Shown here: piece after piece, positions 16,876 through 32,814 of the stretch
How the letters are laid out: every line of letters starts with the position of its first letter
How positions within the stretch are numbered: the first letter of the stretch is position 1
Source of the DNA: the human T2T-CHM13v2.0 reference genome, Homo sapiens
Assembly: GCF_009914755.1 (NCBI RefSeq)
Contig: NC_060940.1
DNA length: 64,000 nucleotides
Strand: one strand, 5' to 3'
Notes under the pieces: model-generated
The model's database searches: none
What the model saw: the letters and a program-made list of their open reading frames with translations, nothing else
Told to the model about the DNA's origin: nothing
Translations under genes and position numbers: made by a program

Positions 16876-17103
16876 CAGTGGCATAATCTTTTGGCATCCC
16901 TGGGCCACACTGGAAGAAGAAGAATTATCTTGAGCCACACATAAAATGTACTAACACTAACTATAGCTGATAAGCTTTAAAAAAAAAAAAAAACACCAAA
17001 AAAAATCATAATGTTTTAAGAAAGTTTACGAATTTGTGTTGGGCCACATTCAAAGCCCTCCTGGGCTTCATGCAGCCCACAGGCTGCCAGTTGAACAGGC
17101 TTG
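16876..17103 (+). mobile_element. MER30 (hAT-Charlie MITE)
   Basis: aatcttttggcatccctgggccacactggaagaagaagaatt...; 8-bp TSD atctagct/atgcagct. Confidence 0.85.
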
Positions 17104-17711
17104 ATGCAGCTAATAAACTATGTCCTTTACTTTCTTCTGGTACATTTGGATTTTCTGCAGTAGCTGTCAATTTCAAGCCAGTTTTCTCCAAGACGGAGTA
17201 TATGCTGAACTGGAAACTCCACTCCAACATGACTTATAAATAATGTCTATTATGTTGGTGACTCTTGAAAATTTTGTTATCTACATTTTTATATTCTACA
17301 ATTTGGGGTCTAAGATACAATATCCAGGCAAACCCTGAAATAAAATATTTTTCCTGGAGCTGAGCCAAGAGGAATAGGGTAGGTCAAATCTGTGCTGTTA
17401 CAGTACTGAGAACAAAATTCCACAGCCAAAGCAATGTTGGAGATAATGCTGGAGTTGAAATTACAATTTTGAGGGAGAATCCTTCCAGCTTCAGGACTAG
17501 CTGTTTCAAGAGCTGAAATAAACCACGCAACAATATGCTAGTGCACTAAATTGAGGAGGTCTGAAAAGTTCCCATACAGAGTTGGAAAATTAAGCCCCAC
17601 ATTTCTTCAGAAATTAAAGCTGTAGTCACATGAATAGAAATGGAAGAGATCCATCCTACTCAGACCACTTCAAGGTTTCTGCCTTACAATAAGTTAGCAG
17701 GTACAGAACTG

Positions 17712-17876
17712 TCACATGCCAGGTACCCTATTTAGGACTTCCTATGGATTATCTCATTTAATCCTCATGACTACCCTGCAAAGCGGGTTTTCCAGATGAG
17801 AAAAAAGCATCTGTCGAGGTGTACATAGACTAGGGCGAGGACTTGAGTTCAAAGGCCATGATCTTCCACACTGCTC
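17712..17876 (-). mobile_element. MIR
   Basis: attatctcatttaatcctca...ttttccagatgagaaa MIR core. Confidence 0.65.
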
Positions 17877-18499
17877 TCCTGTCCCTCCATAATACATACT
17901 CCAACTCACTCAAAGCTCCCTTCCAGCATCACCAACAAGAAAATCTCAAACCACCAACGCTCATCTACCAAAAAATCAAAGCTACTCACACACATGATCA
18001 GTTGCAATTATTTTTAACTTTGGGAACTTCTGAAAACTCTTGAATGAAAGATGAGTTTGGGGTTGAAATGACAGGCACAAAGAAAAGATTACAAAACTAA
18101 CATGCAAATGAAAATATTTCTGTGTTCCAAAACAAAAAAGGTAAGAAATTAAAAGAAAAAGAAACATATATAGCAGGAAGAATCCTTACCAACATTAATA
18201 TCGACTCTTTTCCTGTTGTACAGAGCTTTGGATTAATACTAATTCATACTCAGTTTCTCGCCCTTTTTAGCAGCAGTAATCACTGTGGTATCACTTTGTG
18301 CTACCATGTCTGCATCTATGGAAATTTCCAGAAAGATTTATCACTTTACTTTCTTGATCAATTAACAGGCTAGCTTGGGATACTTTTAAAACATTTCAAA
18401 AACAAAAATTGAATTGAAATATCAGCAGAAACTGACAAGGCAAAAGGTAGCTTTACCAGCACTTTTCCTCTTGCATTATTTCAATTAAAATAGACAACA

Positions 18500-18803
<304 letters not shown>

Positions 18804-19017
18804 GTAGACAACAAAAACACCACACTTCACAAATCAATCCAAAATTATTGGAAGTCAATCTTTTTTTTTCTTTAAAGCTAAATTCAAAGAGAAGTTGTTT
18901 CTGTATTATAGCAAGGAAAACTCACATGGAAAGATTGATTCCTTGGCTTAAAAATCCATAGAGCCTGATTATATTATTTGGAGTTTAGAAAAAAAAAGAT
19001 TTATGTCTATGTGATGG

Positions 19018-19432
19018 TGTCTTAGGGCTCCCCCAAAAGCAGATCCTGAGAAAAGGCTGCGGGTCGTTTATTTGAGAAGTAGTCCCAGGCCTGTTTGAGG
19101 GTGCATGAATGAGCAAGTTACCTCTTGGACATCCAGGGCATGGTCCTGCTGGAACCCTTTGAGGCACTCCATGGCACACACCTCAGAAGTGACACAACTG
19201 GGGACAGCGAGGTGGAGCATTTATCTATCAACTCCCGTCCCTCCTTGGCTGAGGGTTGAGCACAGAATCAACTCCACGTCCAAACTTCTTATAGGATACA
19301 CCTGTATTCAGCCTAGCTCCTAGAGGGAAATGTTCAGGCAAGAAATTCAGCCTGCCTGGGACTAGCCTCAGCTGCAGACAAGTGCAGGTGGGCTGAGGGC
19401 ATAGTGGTCAGGGCCTCAACAGTGCCTGCCAT
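19018..19432 (-). mobile_element. ERVL LTR (LTR16/LTR33-like)
   Basis: ctcccccaaaagcagatcctgagaaaagg...tttatttgagaagtagtcccagg pattern. Confidence 0.55.
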
Positions 19433-20191
19433 AGCCATAGCTTAGGGGTAGCTTCTTTCGAGCTTCCTCAGCTAAAGTATGGAATCTGTTTTTCCACTGT
19501 ACATCACAGACCCAACTGTTCACAAACATTAGCCTATCTAAATTAGACTCCTTGTCAGTAGAAAAGACTAGAGACCCTAAGTAACTCTCTCACTGCAAAT
19601 GACAAAAAATGCTAAGTATAGTAATTTGAATAAAACTCGAATGCATAACTGAGCTAATAAAAACAAAAGGACTCCCCAGAGGTCAAAAGCAAAGTGGAAG
19701 CTGGAATCTAGAAATATAAACAAGGACCAAAGTCCGCTTTTGTTCACCAAACCCTTGCAACCTTGACCATCTGCTTTGGCTACCATGCAGTGGTGTGTGA
19801 GCCACAGCAGACCAGACCTAGGGCCTTCCCAAGTGAAATGAAATACCCACTCCCACCCCACAACATTAAAATACCAAAGGGCCACTCTCTCTAAGAAAGG
19901 GTGCCTAGAAATAAATTCACCCTATAGAAGAAAATTTAACTGTATTGGTCTTGGAGCTGGGAATATCTATTCAATATTTGAAAATAAACAGAACCAATTA
20001 ATCAACTAATTAATAAACTCTGAGAGGCCACATAACATTTGTTGAGAACATTTAAACAATCTGTTCTACTTTCATTTTAGACATTTTAATTAGTCCATTC
20101 AGAGTTGCTTACCATGCAAGACTTATAGGGATATCCAAGAAGTTAAAATATTTTCAAACGCAGTTATTAAAATGTGTGCTTCGAAAGTCTC

Positions 20192-20503
<312 letters not shown>

Positions 20504-20599
20504 ATATGAAAGTCTCCTCTTCCTATCTTAGAAAATGATCACTTAGTCTACCACTAAATGACACAGACCCCAGACTCTTGAGCTCCTCTCTGTTGCAAT

Positions 20600-20866
20600 T
20601 ACATGTTCCTCATCATGTAGACCTCTCTACAGGACTTCCTGAGTGCCCTTAACATGCACCTGACATGGCAGCTGATTCTACCCAAAGCGACACAAAAGAG
20701 TCCCAATGGCTTTTATGACCTAGTCTGAGAAGTCACATACTGTCACATCTGCTTCATTCTACTCATTGGATGAGAGTAGCCCACACTCAAGGAAAGATGA
20801 AACTAGCTCACCTCTTAAAGTGAGGTGTATTACAGAATGTGTAGGTATACTTTTTAAACCACCGCA
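20600..20866 (-). mobile_element. MLT1F-like MaLR LTR fragment
   Basis: cttttatgacctagtctgagaagtcac...agcccacactcaagg...ttaaaccaccgca. Confidence 0.6.
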
Positions 20867-21799
20867 CTACCCCAAACTCTAATATCACAAAGACCAACAC
20901 TTGTCTTTGAGCTGTTTCTTGTAATCTCTACATCTGTATTTCTAACTAACATGACTATGATATATTCATTTTCTATTATCACCCTTATACCACTATCTAC
21001 CCACTCACCCCACACAAGTATACACACACTCCACACACACAATTCTTGTTACCTCATCTTCCCAATATAGTTGTATCATAATTTTTGCTTAAATCAATAA
21101 TCAGTATTTAAATTAACATGGTCACGTAAATATTGCTTCCAACTGGGCCTCATGGTACAATTTATTTCATTTCTACAAATAATTTTTAATTTATTTCAAG
21201 TTCTGGTACAACTTGTTTTTTCTAGACTTAATAACTGTTGGGGGGTGGGGAGTTAATTGCTTATTGTTTTATTGGATCCATTACAAACTTACACCTAAAT
21301 TTTCTGAAAAAAATCATCTCCTCCCAATATGTTGAAACAAATCAGGTCATCTATCAATTGAATTTATATATATATATTATATATAATTTTTATATATAAT
21401 ATTAACATATTATAGTTTCTATATAGTATATGATATATAACATATATAATAACTCATACATATATAAATTGGAAACATTTCTCCTGGGACTCTTCACCTT
21501 CCTGCTCTGATCTGAACTGGTTACGCCTTAACTGTCATCTTGGAACTTCCCTTCACCATTATCCATTATCCTGGGAATGTCTTTTGTTTATCTCCTGTAG
21601 GGCATTATGTTTGCTGGATCCCATATCTTTCTCTTTTGTGATTTTCTCCCTTGTTTTGGTGGTACATACTCTCATATCCGAGTGTCTTCTTGAGCATGGG
21701 CTGCCTTGGAGAAATAAATGTTGTGAGTATTTTATGTCTGAAAATATCTTCTACCCACATATTTAGTTGATGCCTGCTGGGTATAGAATTCTGGTTTGG

Positions 21800-22113
<314 letters not shown>

Positions 22114-22330
22114 TTATTTTCTCTAAGTCTTTTGAAGTGTTATTCCATCATGTTCTAGCTTCCAGGACTGCTGTTCAAAAGTCTAAAGCCATTTGGATTC
22201 TCTATTTATTTACCTATTTATTTCCTATAGATTTTAAGGATCTTCTTTCCATCTCTTGTATTTTGAAATGTTATGGTGATGTACTTGTACTTTTTTCTTC
22301 TTTTTTTAACTTTTTTTTTTAGTCATTGTG

Positions 22331-22856
22331 TGTGATGGTTAATTTTAGGTGCCAATTTGACTGGGCCATGGAGTGCCCAGATATTTGTTCAAACATTATT
22401 CTAGGCATTTCTGTAAGGCTGTTTTTGGTGAGATCAACATTGAAATTGGTGAATTTTGAGTACACAGATTGCCCTCCCTAATGTAGGTGGGCCCGATCCA
22501 ATCCACTGAAGATGTGAATAAAAAAAAAAGCCAACCCTCCCCCTCCCCAGAGTAGACAGGATTCCTCCTGCCTGACTGTCTTCAAACTGGGGGACATCAG
22601 CTGTTTCCTGCCTTCAGACTCATACTGCACCACTGGCCCTCCCAGGTCTCCGGCTTTTGAACCTGAACTGGAACTTCACCATTGGTTCTCCGGGGTCTCC
22701 CACTTACTGACTCACCCTGCAGACCTTGGGACTCATCAGCCTCCCATATTGGATGAGCCAATTCCTTATAATAAATCTCTTCATATATATATTCTTACAC
22801 ACACACACACACACACATCCTATTGATCTGCTTCTATGGAGAACCTGATTCACATA
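22331..22856 (+). mobile_element. MLT2 (ERVL) solo LTR
   Basis: tgtgatggttaattttaggtgccaatttgactgggcc start; 5-bp TSD ttgtg. Confidence 0.85.
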
Positions 22857-23254
22857 TTGTGCTGGGCATTTAATTAACCCTTTTAATCTGAAGTCCAATG
22901 TGATTCAGTTTTGGGAGTTTTTCTTGTGTCAATTTTCTATAGCTTCCTCTCCTGCTGGCTTCTCTGCTCACTCTCTCTGTAACTCCTGTTAGTTGAATGT
23001 TGAAGCTCCTGAATATCCCTCCCGAATTCTGTTATCTTTACTCTTTTTCTTTTTTGTTTCTCTTTGTTGTGTTTTCCAGAATATTTCTTCAATTTTATCT
23101 TCCATTCTTTCTACTAATTGTTTTCTTTGATCTTATGTTTAATTCCCGATAATTCTTTCTTTTTCTCTATTTATTTTAACGGAATCATAGATGAAGCATC
23201 TCTCTTTGGCCATATTAATAACAATTTGTTTTTGTTCTATTGGTTTTTAATTTT

Positions 23255-23255
23255 C

Positions 23256-23296
<41 letters not shown>
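23255..23296. repeat. (CT)n microsatellite
   Basis: About 20 CT units. Confidence 0.92.
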
Positions 23297-24453
23297 CCCC
23301 CTGTTCCCACTGAGTTCCTTTTCACAGTAATCTTATTCTCTTTCATTTTGTGGCCCTTTCTTGAAGGTCTGGTGGTTGTTAACTGTCCATTCACATTTAA
23401 GAGTGAGGCACTAAAAAAACAGTTGATAGATCTGCAGGTGGAAAAGACTTCCTGACTTCAGAGATGATCCAATGGAACCATGGCTATTTCATTAGAATAC
23501 TCTGAAGCATCATTATTTGTAGCTCTTTTCTTTGGGGCCAGTTTCCCACAGAAGAATCCTCCAGTCTCCAACTAGGAGCATAGACACTTGTCCAGGGCTT
23601 TCTAGAAGCTATGGGGAGAAGAAATGGAGTGTTTCACCCATTACCATTCAGATTTCATCTTAATCTCCATTTTCAGTTTAGCCCCATCGCCCTACCCTCA
23701 GCTGTGCCTGGAATCCTAGAGACTAAAGTTACTCTGGTTCAGTCTCTCCAGAGAAACCTCCACTTTTCTGAGGGTGAAGAAAATGTTACCTGACTGACAC
23801 CTTGGGGGAGGAGCATCTAACTGCCCCTTTTAAGGACTTTCAACAAATCCCTTCTCCGCAACCTCACATTCAGAGGTCCTTGCTGCTTCAAATGCGTGAA
23901 GCTTTCTGGGGTTCTCAGTGAGATTTGACTCAATTCCAGCTTTCTCTGATTTTCTCAATTAATTACCCACTTTTCCATCTGCTTTTTAGCCTCTAGGTTG
24001 GGATGACAATTGCTGTCTGCTATTGTTCTCTTTGTCCTCATTTATTCCTTAATTGTCATTTTAACAGAGCTGAGAAGGAAACTTTCTAACATTCCAGAAA
24101 TTCTGAGTGCCAAAACTCATCTGGCCCCAAGGATCGGGAAGGATATTGCAGTCCTGCGATTTACAAACATGTTTCCTCCCAGAGTCACCCCAATCTCCAT
24201 GAGAGTGTGAGGCCATGGAAGCAAAACCCTCAGATTTTTGTCTTTTCTCTATCATTCATTATGTGATCTCAAACAAGTCCACCAAACTTTTTGTCCCTCA
24301 GTTTTGTCACCCATCAAATGAAGGCAACAGTCAATAAAACAAAGATTTCATCTAAGAATCAACTTGGGCCAATATCATTTAGAAATGAAAATATGCTTTA
24401 ATCCTAAAATTCCAAAACATCTTATTCTGAGACACAGGTCTAAAAAAATTGGC

Positions 24454-24780
<327 letters not shown>

Positions 24781-24786
24781 CAATTA

Positions 24787-25099
24787 GGCTGAGGACGGTG
24801 GCTCATGCCCGTAATCTCAGCACTTTGGGAGGCCCAGGCGGGTGGATCACTTGAGGTCAGGAGTTTGAGACCAGCCTGGCCAACATGGTGAAATCCTGTG
24901 CCTACTAAAAATACAAAAATAAGCTGGGTGTGGTGACACATGCCTATAATCCCAGCTACTCGGGAGGCTGAGGCAGGAGAACTGCCTGAACCCGGGAGGC
25001 AGAGGTTGCAGTGAGCTGAGATCAATCATACCACTGCACTCCAGCCTGGGTGACAGAACAAGACTCTGTCTCAAAAAATAAATAAATAAATAAATAAAA
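24787..25099 (+). mobile_element. AluS (second of tandem pair)
   Basis: Dimer with (AAAT)n tail. Confidence 0.9.
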
Positions 25100-26585
25100 C
25101 AACTGGTGCCATATTTCCCCCTAGAATTCAGGACAGCTAGAGTTAATGGAAGCATGAACGATAGCACGCCAATAAGAGATTTTGCCCAAGGTAATTCAGA
25201 ATGAGCTCAAGGGACTTTCTTGATGAGTGAAACTCATTCACATTAATAGTGGCTGCTGAGTTCACATCTAAATGGGAAATGTGCCACGTGGAGTGAAAAC
25301 ACACTAATCTATTGTATGGGCTACTTTGTCATACTCTCAACATTCTAGAGGAAATGCAAACTTAGAAAGCACCAAATATATAAACAGTACACCCTTGTAA
25401 CTGACCTTCATTCCCCTTCTCTCGATCTTATACAGAGGTGGGAAGAGGGGGGTTTTTAATGTAAAATTTCCATTAAAAGTCTCACTACTTGCAGGGGCTT
25501 ATATAGTACAAGAGGTGTCTTAGATATTTCTATAATAAAATATTTTCTCTGGAAAACAAATCTCTAAAAAGTAATTTTGTTTTACCCTGTGGAAAAAAAA
25601 TGGCCATTCTAGATTTCTGTAAAATATAATTCATCATTATGAAATTACCAGATTACATGCACAATTAAACTTATTTATTAAACAAGACATATGCCAACAA
25701 CTTTGCAATAATCCTTTAAGCCATAATAGCAGATTTTCAACTTTAATAACAACATCATGCAGCTAATACTCAAAGGACTAATTTTTAAAGTAAGAGCTTT
25801 TGGTAATTGAAACTGAAATTATACAATTAAGCACTTGAGTAATTTAAACATGAATGTAAGTGCCCTGACTGTGTTGCTCTTGGCGTTTAGTCAAATTTAC
25901 TAGTGCCAGTTAGACTTTATCACACTAATTATTTCTGCTCTGTATCAGATCTGACTAAATAGAAATTGAGAATTACTTATTCCTCTGTCTTTCCTGCTTC
26001 AAAAACACTATATTTTTATGATTAAAGCTTCACATAAATCATCAAGGATAACCCCATGATTCTTATTAGGGCTCCACAGATATTCAAAAAGAGATATTTT
26101 ATTTGTATACCTATTCCCAAAAAAAGGTGCAAACATTTTAATATAGGGATAAAAGTTATCCAGTGAGTATATTTGCCTCTGAAATGTTTTTGAATAACCA
26201 CCTCTCCCTTCCTCCCCATCTCCCTTCTTTCCATTTTCTCTATCGAATATAAAACCCTATGTTAGCCTCATCTCCTTAGCCTTAGGAACACTCCAAAATA
26301 AAACAGCTGTCCCTTGACAATGAACATGAGAACGGCCTCTCACTTGGTAGAAATCATCTCTGTGATTTTTTACTGGATGATTAAGACTTTTGATATTGTA
26401 AAATTATAGTAGGATTTAGAGATTGTATTTCTTAAGTGAATCATAAAAGTCATTGAATTTTTTAAGGTATGGGTTAGAAAACAAGAAACGTTGTGAATAT
26501 TCCAAAACAAGACACAGGCTTTGAAAACAGGAAGAGGCAGGCCAGCTGCCGCTGACCAAGGGAGGGAATAGACACAATGCAGTCA

Positions 26586-27011
<426 letters not shown>

Positions 27012-27019
27012 GAAGGAGC

Positions 27020-27580
27020 AGATAGGCTCCAGGATATACGGCTGGCATTTAGGCTAAGAGAGGAAGGGCTGTAATGGGGTGAAGCTAAACACATAAGTAT
27101 AGCCCAGATCACAAAGAGCCTAGGATTCTAGGCTAAGGCACTGACTGGGGTTTTATCCAGAAGGTAATGGAGAGTCACTGCAGGGCTTTTTAAAACAGGA
27201 AATAGGCATGGTCAGATATGCATTTTAGAAACACTCTTCTGACTGTAGGGTGAACACTCGATTGAGGCAAGTTAGAGCGGAGGAAAGGAAGGACGCTTTG
27301 TTAGAGTAGTCCTGTACAGCACTTGGCTGGAATACAGCAGGCCAGGCTGCATTTAGCAGTATTAATGTAGCCCAGAAGAGCACTTGGCCATGTACACACT
27401 ACGGCAGCCCAGGCTGCAAAGAGTGAGAACTTGAACCAAGACAGCAGCAGTAGAACAAGTGAAGAGACTAGAGCTCAAGATATTTAAGAAGTAGATACTT
27501 TGTCATGGGGTCCAGTTGCATATGGCAGACAGGTTTAGGGCAGAATCTAGTTTCTGACTTAGGAGATTCTGGGAAGGGTG
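27020..27580 (-). mobile_element. L2 remnant
   Basis: gcccagatcacaaagagcc...ggtaatggagagtcactg...atggtcagatatgcattttagaaa. Confidence 0.6.
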
Positions 27581-28648
27581 TTCCTCCTCTGGCCTGTGAT
27601 ACTGACCCCATCACCACATGCCTCCCCAGGATGCTATCCCATCAATTACTCTTTTTCACTCCTGTGAATCTTTCACCACAGCCTATAAGATACTCAAGCC
27701 TCTCCTATGCCAGGAAGCAAAGATGTGTTGGACACCTACTCTATGCCAGTCAGTCCCCAAGTTAGCTGAAGGAGTTAAGAGCAAGAAGTAGTCATTTATC
27801 CCAATCCCTAAATCCATCTTCAGAGTTGATCAAATAACATCAGGCCATTTCGGAAATGAAGGCTTTTTGTTTAGAACTAGTGATGCCAGCCACCTGTATG
27901 AATACTCTATCTAGCAAGGTACATGGTTAGTGACGGATGACTTGTGAGTGATCCTCCTGGGCTGTGACATGGTGCTGCAGGTCCCTGTCAAAGATGCTTG
28001 CTCTGGAAAAAGCCAAGGGGTCAAGGAGAGACATCTGAGCAGGCTGGATGTGCCATGTAACAGGCCCCTTGTGGCTCAGGGCTTAGCTCTTCATGTCATT
28101 CATTCAACAAATATTTTTTATGGGATCATCACACAACAGGTGCTACACTAGGCTCCGGGAAAACAATTGCAACCAAAATGGACCCAATTCCTGCCACCAT
28201 GGTGCTTAGAGTTTAGTTTCCACATCAATACTTACAGTTCCACCATCACAAGCAAAAGCACACTCCCAGGGTGTGGGGGAGTGCGGCCTCTGTCTTCCGC
28301 CAGGGGAGTACATCAAAGCAGGAATTTCACAATAGCTCATTTCCTCCTAAGATCCACTTGTTAGAAAAGGGGCCCCACCAGAATAACAGGCACCATTATT
28401 TTTGTAAAACTGGGTTGAACCTCACATGCTGTTCTATAATCTATTTCTAATTAGCCATAGAGATATACTAAAGCCTAACATCAAAGTTCAGAAAGAAAAA
28501 AGAGGTTGATTCTCAGTGGCTCAAGTTTAGTAAGACTGGGAACTCAGTCAAGTCAACAGAGCCCAGCACACGGCAGAAGAGATGGAAAGATAGACATGCA
28601 GAGTTCAGGTTCTGAATGACAAGTGTCGGCATTAGGAAATCAAGCTAG

Positions 28649-28950
28649 GGCCAGGCGCAGTGGCCCATGCCTGTAATCCCAGCACTTTGAGAGGCCAAGG
28701 CGGGAGGACTGCTTGAGGCCAGGAGTTCAAGACCAGCCTGAGAAACAATGCAAGACCCTGTCTCTACAAAAAATAAACACAAAAATTAGCTGGGCATGGT
28801 GGCACCCCCCTGTAGGCCTGGAAGGCTGAAGTAAAAGGATAGCTTGAGCCCAGGAGTTTGAGGCTGTAGTGAGCCAAAATCATGACACTGAACTCCAACC
28901 TGGGCAACAAGCCAAGACCCTATCTCTAAAAAATATTTTTTTTAATAAAG
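28649..28950 (+). mobile_element. AluJ
   Basis: Dimer; TSD gaaatcaagcta/ggaatcaggcta. Confidence 0.9.
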
Positions 28951-31314
28951 GGAATCAGGCTAAGAGAATGGAGAACAGAAGGAAATGAATGTGGGGCAGT
29001 ATGAACTAGAAGAGATTGGATTTAGGCAAAGGACTTGAGAAAGAAGCATGAGGAATGAACAGCCAAAAAGAAAATGTGATACCAATAAAAACATCATATG
29101 AAACAGCTGCTGCTGTTCCAGATCTGAATCGCTCTAAGGGTGGAGGCAGTCAGGGCCTTGGGTAAATACCGATCCCTTGTTAGAGATACAAAGGGAAAAA
29201 GAAAGGAAAAAAAAAAACCTTTGCCAAATTGTCCTTGGACAGTCTTGGGCAACCTTCTATAGGCTGGGATAATTTACAAGACATGAAAAGGTTTATGGGT
29301 TGCTTTTTTTAAAGTACAAAATAAAAATAGCTGTATTTAGTCCTGGGATGGGAGTTAAGCACAAATTCTTGAAGCTTCAATTGCCTACTTTACTGAGTAG
29401 AATGCCAAGAAAAACAGCTCTACTTCTCAAGCACAGCATTCTAACATTTGTGCATATTCGAGAAGTGGGGACACAGAGGCAGTGCTCCAATCTTTGCATT
29501 TTGCAGTGAGAATGAGAGCCACGTGGCAGAGCCAAGGAGGTCTCCAGCAGCCCTAAGGCTGCGGGTTACTCACCATTGTCCCAGCTACTGTGCTAGGCAG
29601 TTTACAGACATTATCTCATTTAATCCTAGCATGATTCTAAATATTGGTTCAACATCCTGTCTACGCCACTGGGTAAGTAGGTAAGAAAAGATGGAATACC
29701 TAACAGTCTATTTATTTGTACCCTGTAAACACTTGTTCTTCCACACAGATAAACCATTAGCTTATTTCAAATACCCACGGTCCACCTTGCTCAGCAAGTG
29801 AACATCTGCTAAAATTAGCATATAAACATATAGGGTGCCAGGATGTTATGTTTAAAAATTAAAAAAAAAAAAAAGAAATCCTTTGGCCCTGGAAGCACCT
29901 TCAAAGATTTCAGTTGTCCAGCCAAGAGGGGCTTCAAACCACTCAAATTTATTACCAAGCAAAATTGTGGAATCATTTTCAGAGGCACATTAAGAAACTA
30001 AAGTCTTGTATGATTAAATATTCTTTCAAAAAATCCCTTCCAGGATTAACAACCTCCAACATTTTCTGTGTTGCGACACTAAGAAAATTAAGATATAAAG
30101 GCTTGATCCTAGCTATTTTTAGAGGAGAGACCAGAGAGTTAATTTATTTTAAGAACCCGGATCAAGATCCACACAATTTGACATTCACTTCTTCATTCAA
30201 AGGTCACCAAAATGCATACGTCAGACGTCTGCTGCTTTTTTTTTTTAAGAATGCTGAATTTTAAACCCAATAAGTCTAAATGCAGCTCTAATATAATCTA
30301 CAAATGACCTTACTAAGTCTTTCTACATCCCATAAAAGTATATTAATTGTATCATTTTATTTAAGTTCCCAACTTGCTGTGATGTATTAGCATATTAAAA
30401 TTAACTCTGCAGGCCCTAATCATTTCACCTTCTGAGCCAACTTACCAGGACAAATTTGATAAAATTATAGTACCCCCTTGTGGTGTTACCTTCATACCCT
30501 ACTAGGATGGTTTGCAATATTATATTTTTTAAAAATCTTCTTCCACTAAGATCAGTGGATAACAAATTAACCTTTTCTAAACTCTAATAAAATCATGGGA
30601 AAACTAAAGGAGCTATCGCCAGATTGTAAGAACCAATGAGACAGTGTATTATTTCATGATAAAGAATATTTGGAGCCATACATATTATTTTTAATGGAAG
30701 GCAAACACTTTTAAGAAATATTTTCCATAGACTGATCTATGTAGACAAATTAAAGTACACAGCTCTGAAATTACTCACTGGATTTTAGTTTGCTTTGACA
30801 GCAAATTCAAATAACTGAAGGGGAAGAAATAGTATTTTTTGACTAATAAACCAATGATAAATTCTTCTCCAATCAAGAAGAAAAGTAGGTACAATTGAAA
30901 CTTTTTTTCCTCATAATTTATCCAATTTTCTTCTAGCAAGTCCAGTTTGACTGCATATTACTACCATTGCTTCCAAATACCCTTTATTATTTTTATTGTT
31001 TTTATTTTGTTAAAGCTTATAATGTCATTTAGCAAAATGAGTAAGACTTTTGGGCGTATATTTAGATACAAAGATTTTCCTGGCTTTATTTTTTTCCCCT
31101 ATCTTTAGTTTGCTATTCTGTGCCTTAGAAGATCCCCTACTCCTATCTCCTGATTTCCCCACTAATTGATTTTCATCTTATTCTAGAATAGGTTTTTGTC
31201 AATAAGATAAGGAATCATGGAATAGATGAATGAGATAAGACTATCCTCAATATTCTGGAGATCCCTAAAATAATCACACTCAGGTCAGAGGATCTCGTAA
31301 GAGATCCTTTTTCT

Positions 31315-31633
<319 letters not shown>

Positions 31634-32045
31634 ATCCTTTTTCTGTTTCTCACTTGAAGAAACAGGAAAAGATCTCACCTATGAGTTAATCTATTCACTG
31701 TCAACAAAATAGTAGTTTCATATTCATAGGATGTCCAAGTACCTAACTAAAGAATCAAACCAGTTCATTTCTCAGATTAGTACTACTTTGAGTTCAGCAG
31801 TACTGCAGTTTATCTCTGGCTCAAGCCAGTAAGCAACCAATTCACAATGAAAATATCAAGAAGCTTTGTTTCAATTTAGTTGAAGTTCAGGTTTAATAAC
31901 AATTCTAGTTCAGTTCTGGGAATGTGGAAATATACTTACTGGTTTCTGATTCACATTCCCTTGGCTTCTTGATTATAATTTAAAATGAAGAACATTGAAC
32001 TGTACTCAATTAGTTATTCAGGCAACATTTTTGAAGCCCTTGCTA

Positions 32046-32440
<395 letters not shown>

Positions 32441-32722
32441 AGGATAAGCATTGTCCCAAGAGCTACAGTAAGAATTTCTTATGAGGGGACATCGCCTGTG
32501 TTTAGAAAATGAGCCACTAGGAACATGGGTCTACCAAAGGGCATCCTAAAATAACAAAAAATGCTCACTAAGCCTTCTGAAGTCAGTTCCTATATTCCCT
32601 CCTCTGGGCTGAGTGCTGCTATAACGTGGAAGAGCTAGCCAAATTGTTATGCATAACAGAAAACAGAGATTGAGGGTTCCAAAGGTGCAAGCAGGTGTGC
32701 AAGAGAGAAGACACAACTGGCC

Positions 32723-32814
32723 CAGGGCCACAGTGCACAACTCCAAGGGGCACTATGCACATCACATTCTAAGGAGTGAACGGCACCCCTACACAGTACA
32801 ACCCAGCAGCCCTG
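32723..32814. mobile_element. MER91-like hAT MITE
   Basis: cagggc...gccctg termini; gtgcacaactccaaggggcac core. Confidence 0.55.

Noticed and set aside
25284-25291. Isolated CCACGTGG E-boxes (also 29519) and scattered AP-1 or TCF motifs
   Set aside because: Single short motifs without clustering are not evidence of function.
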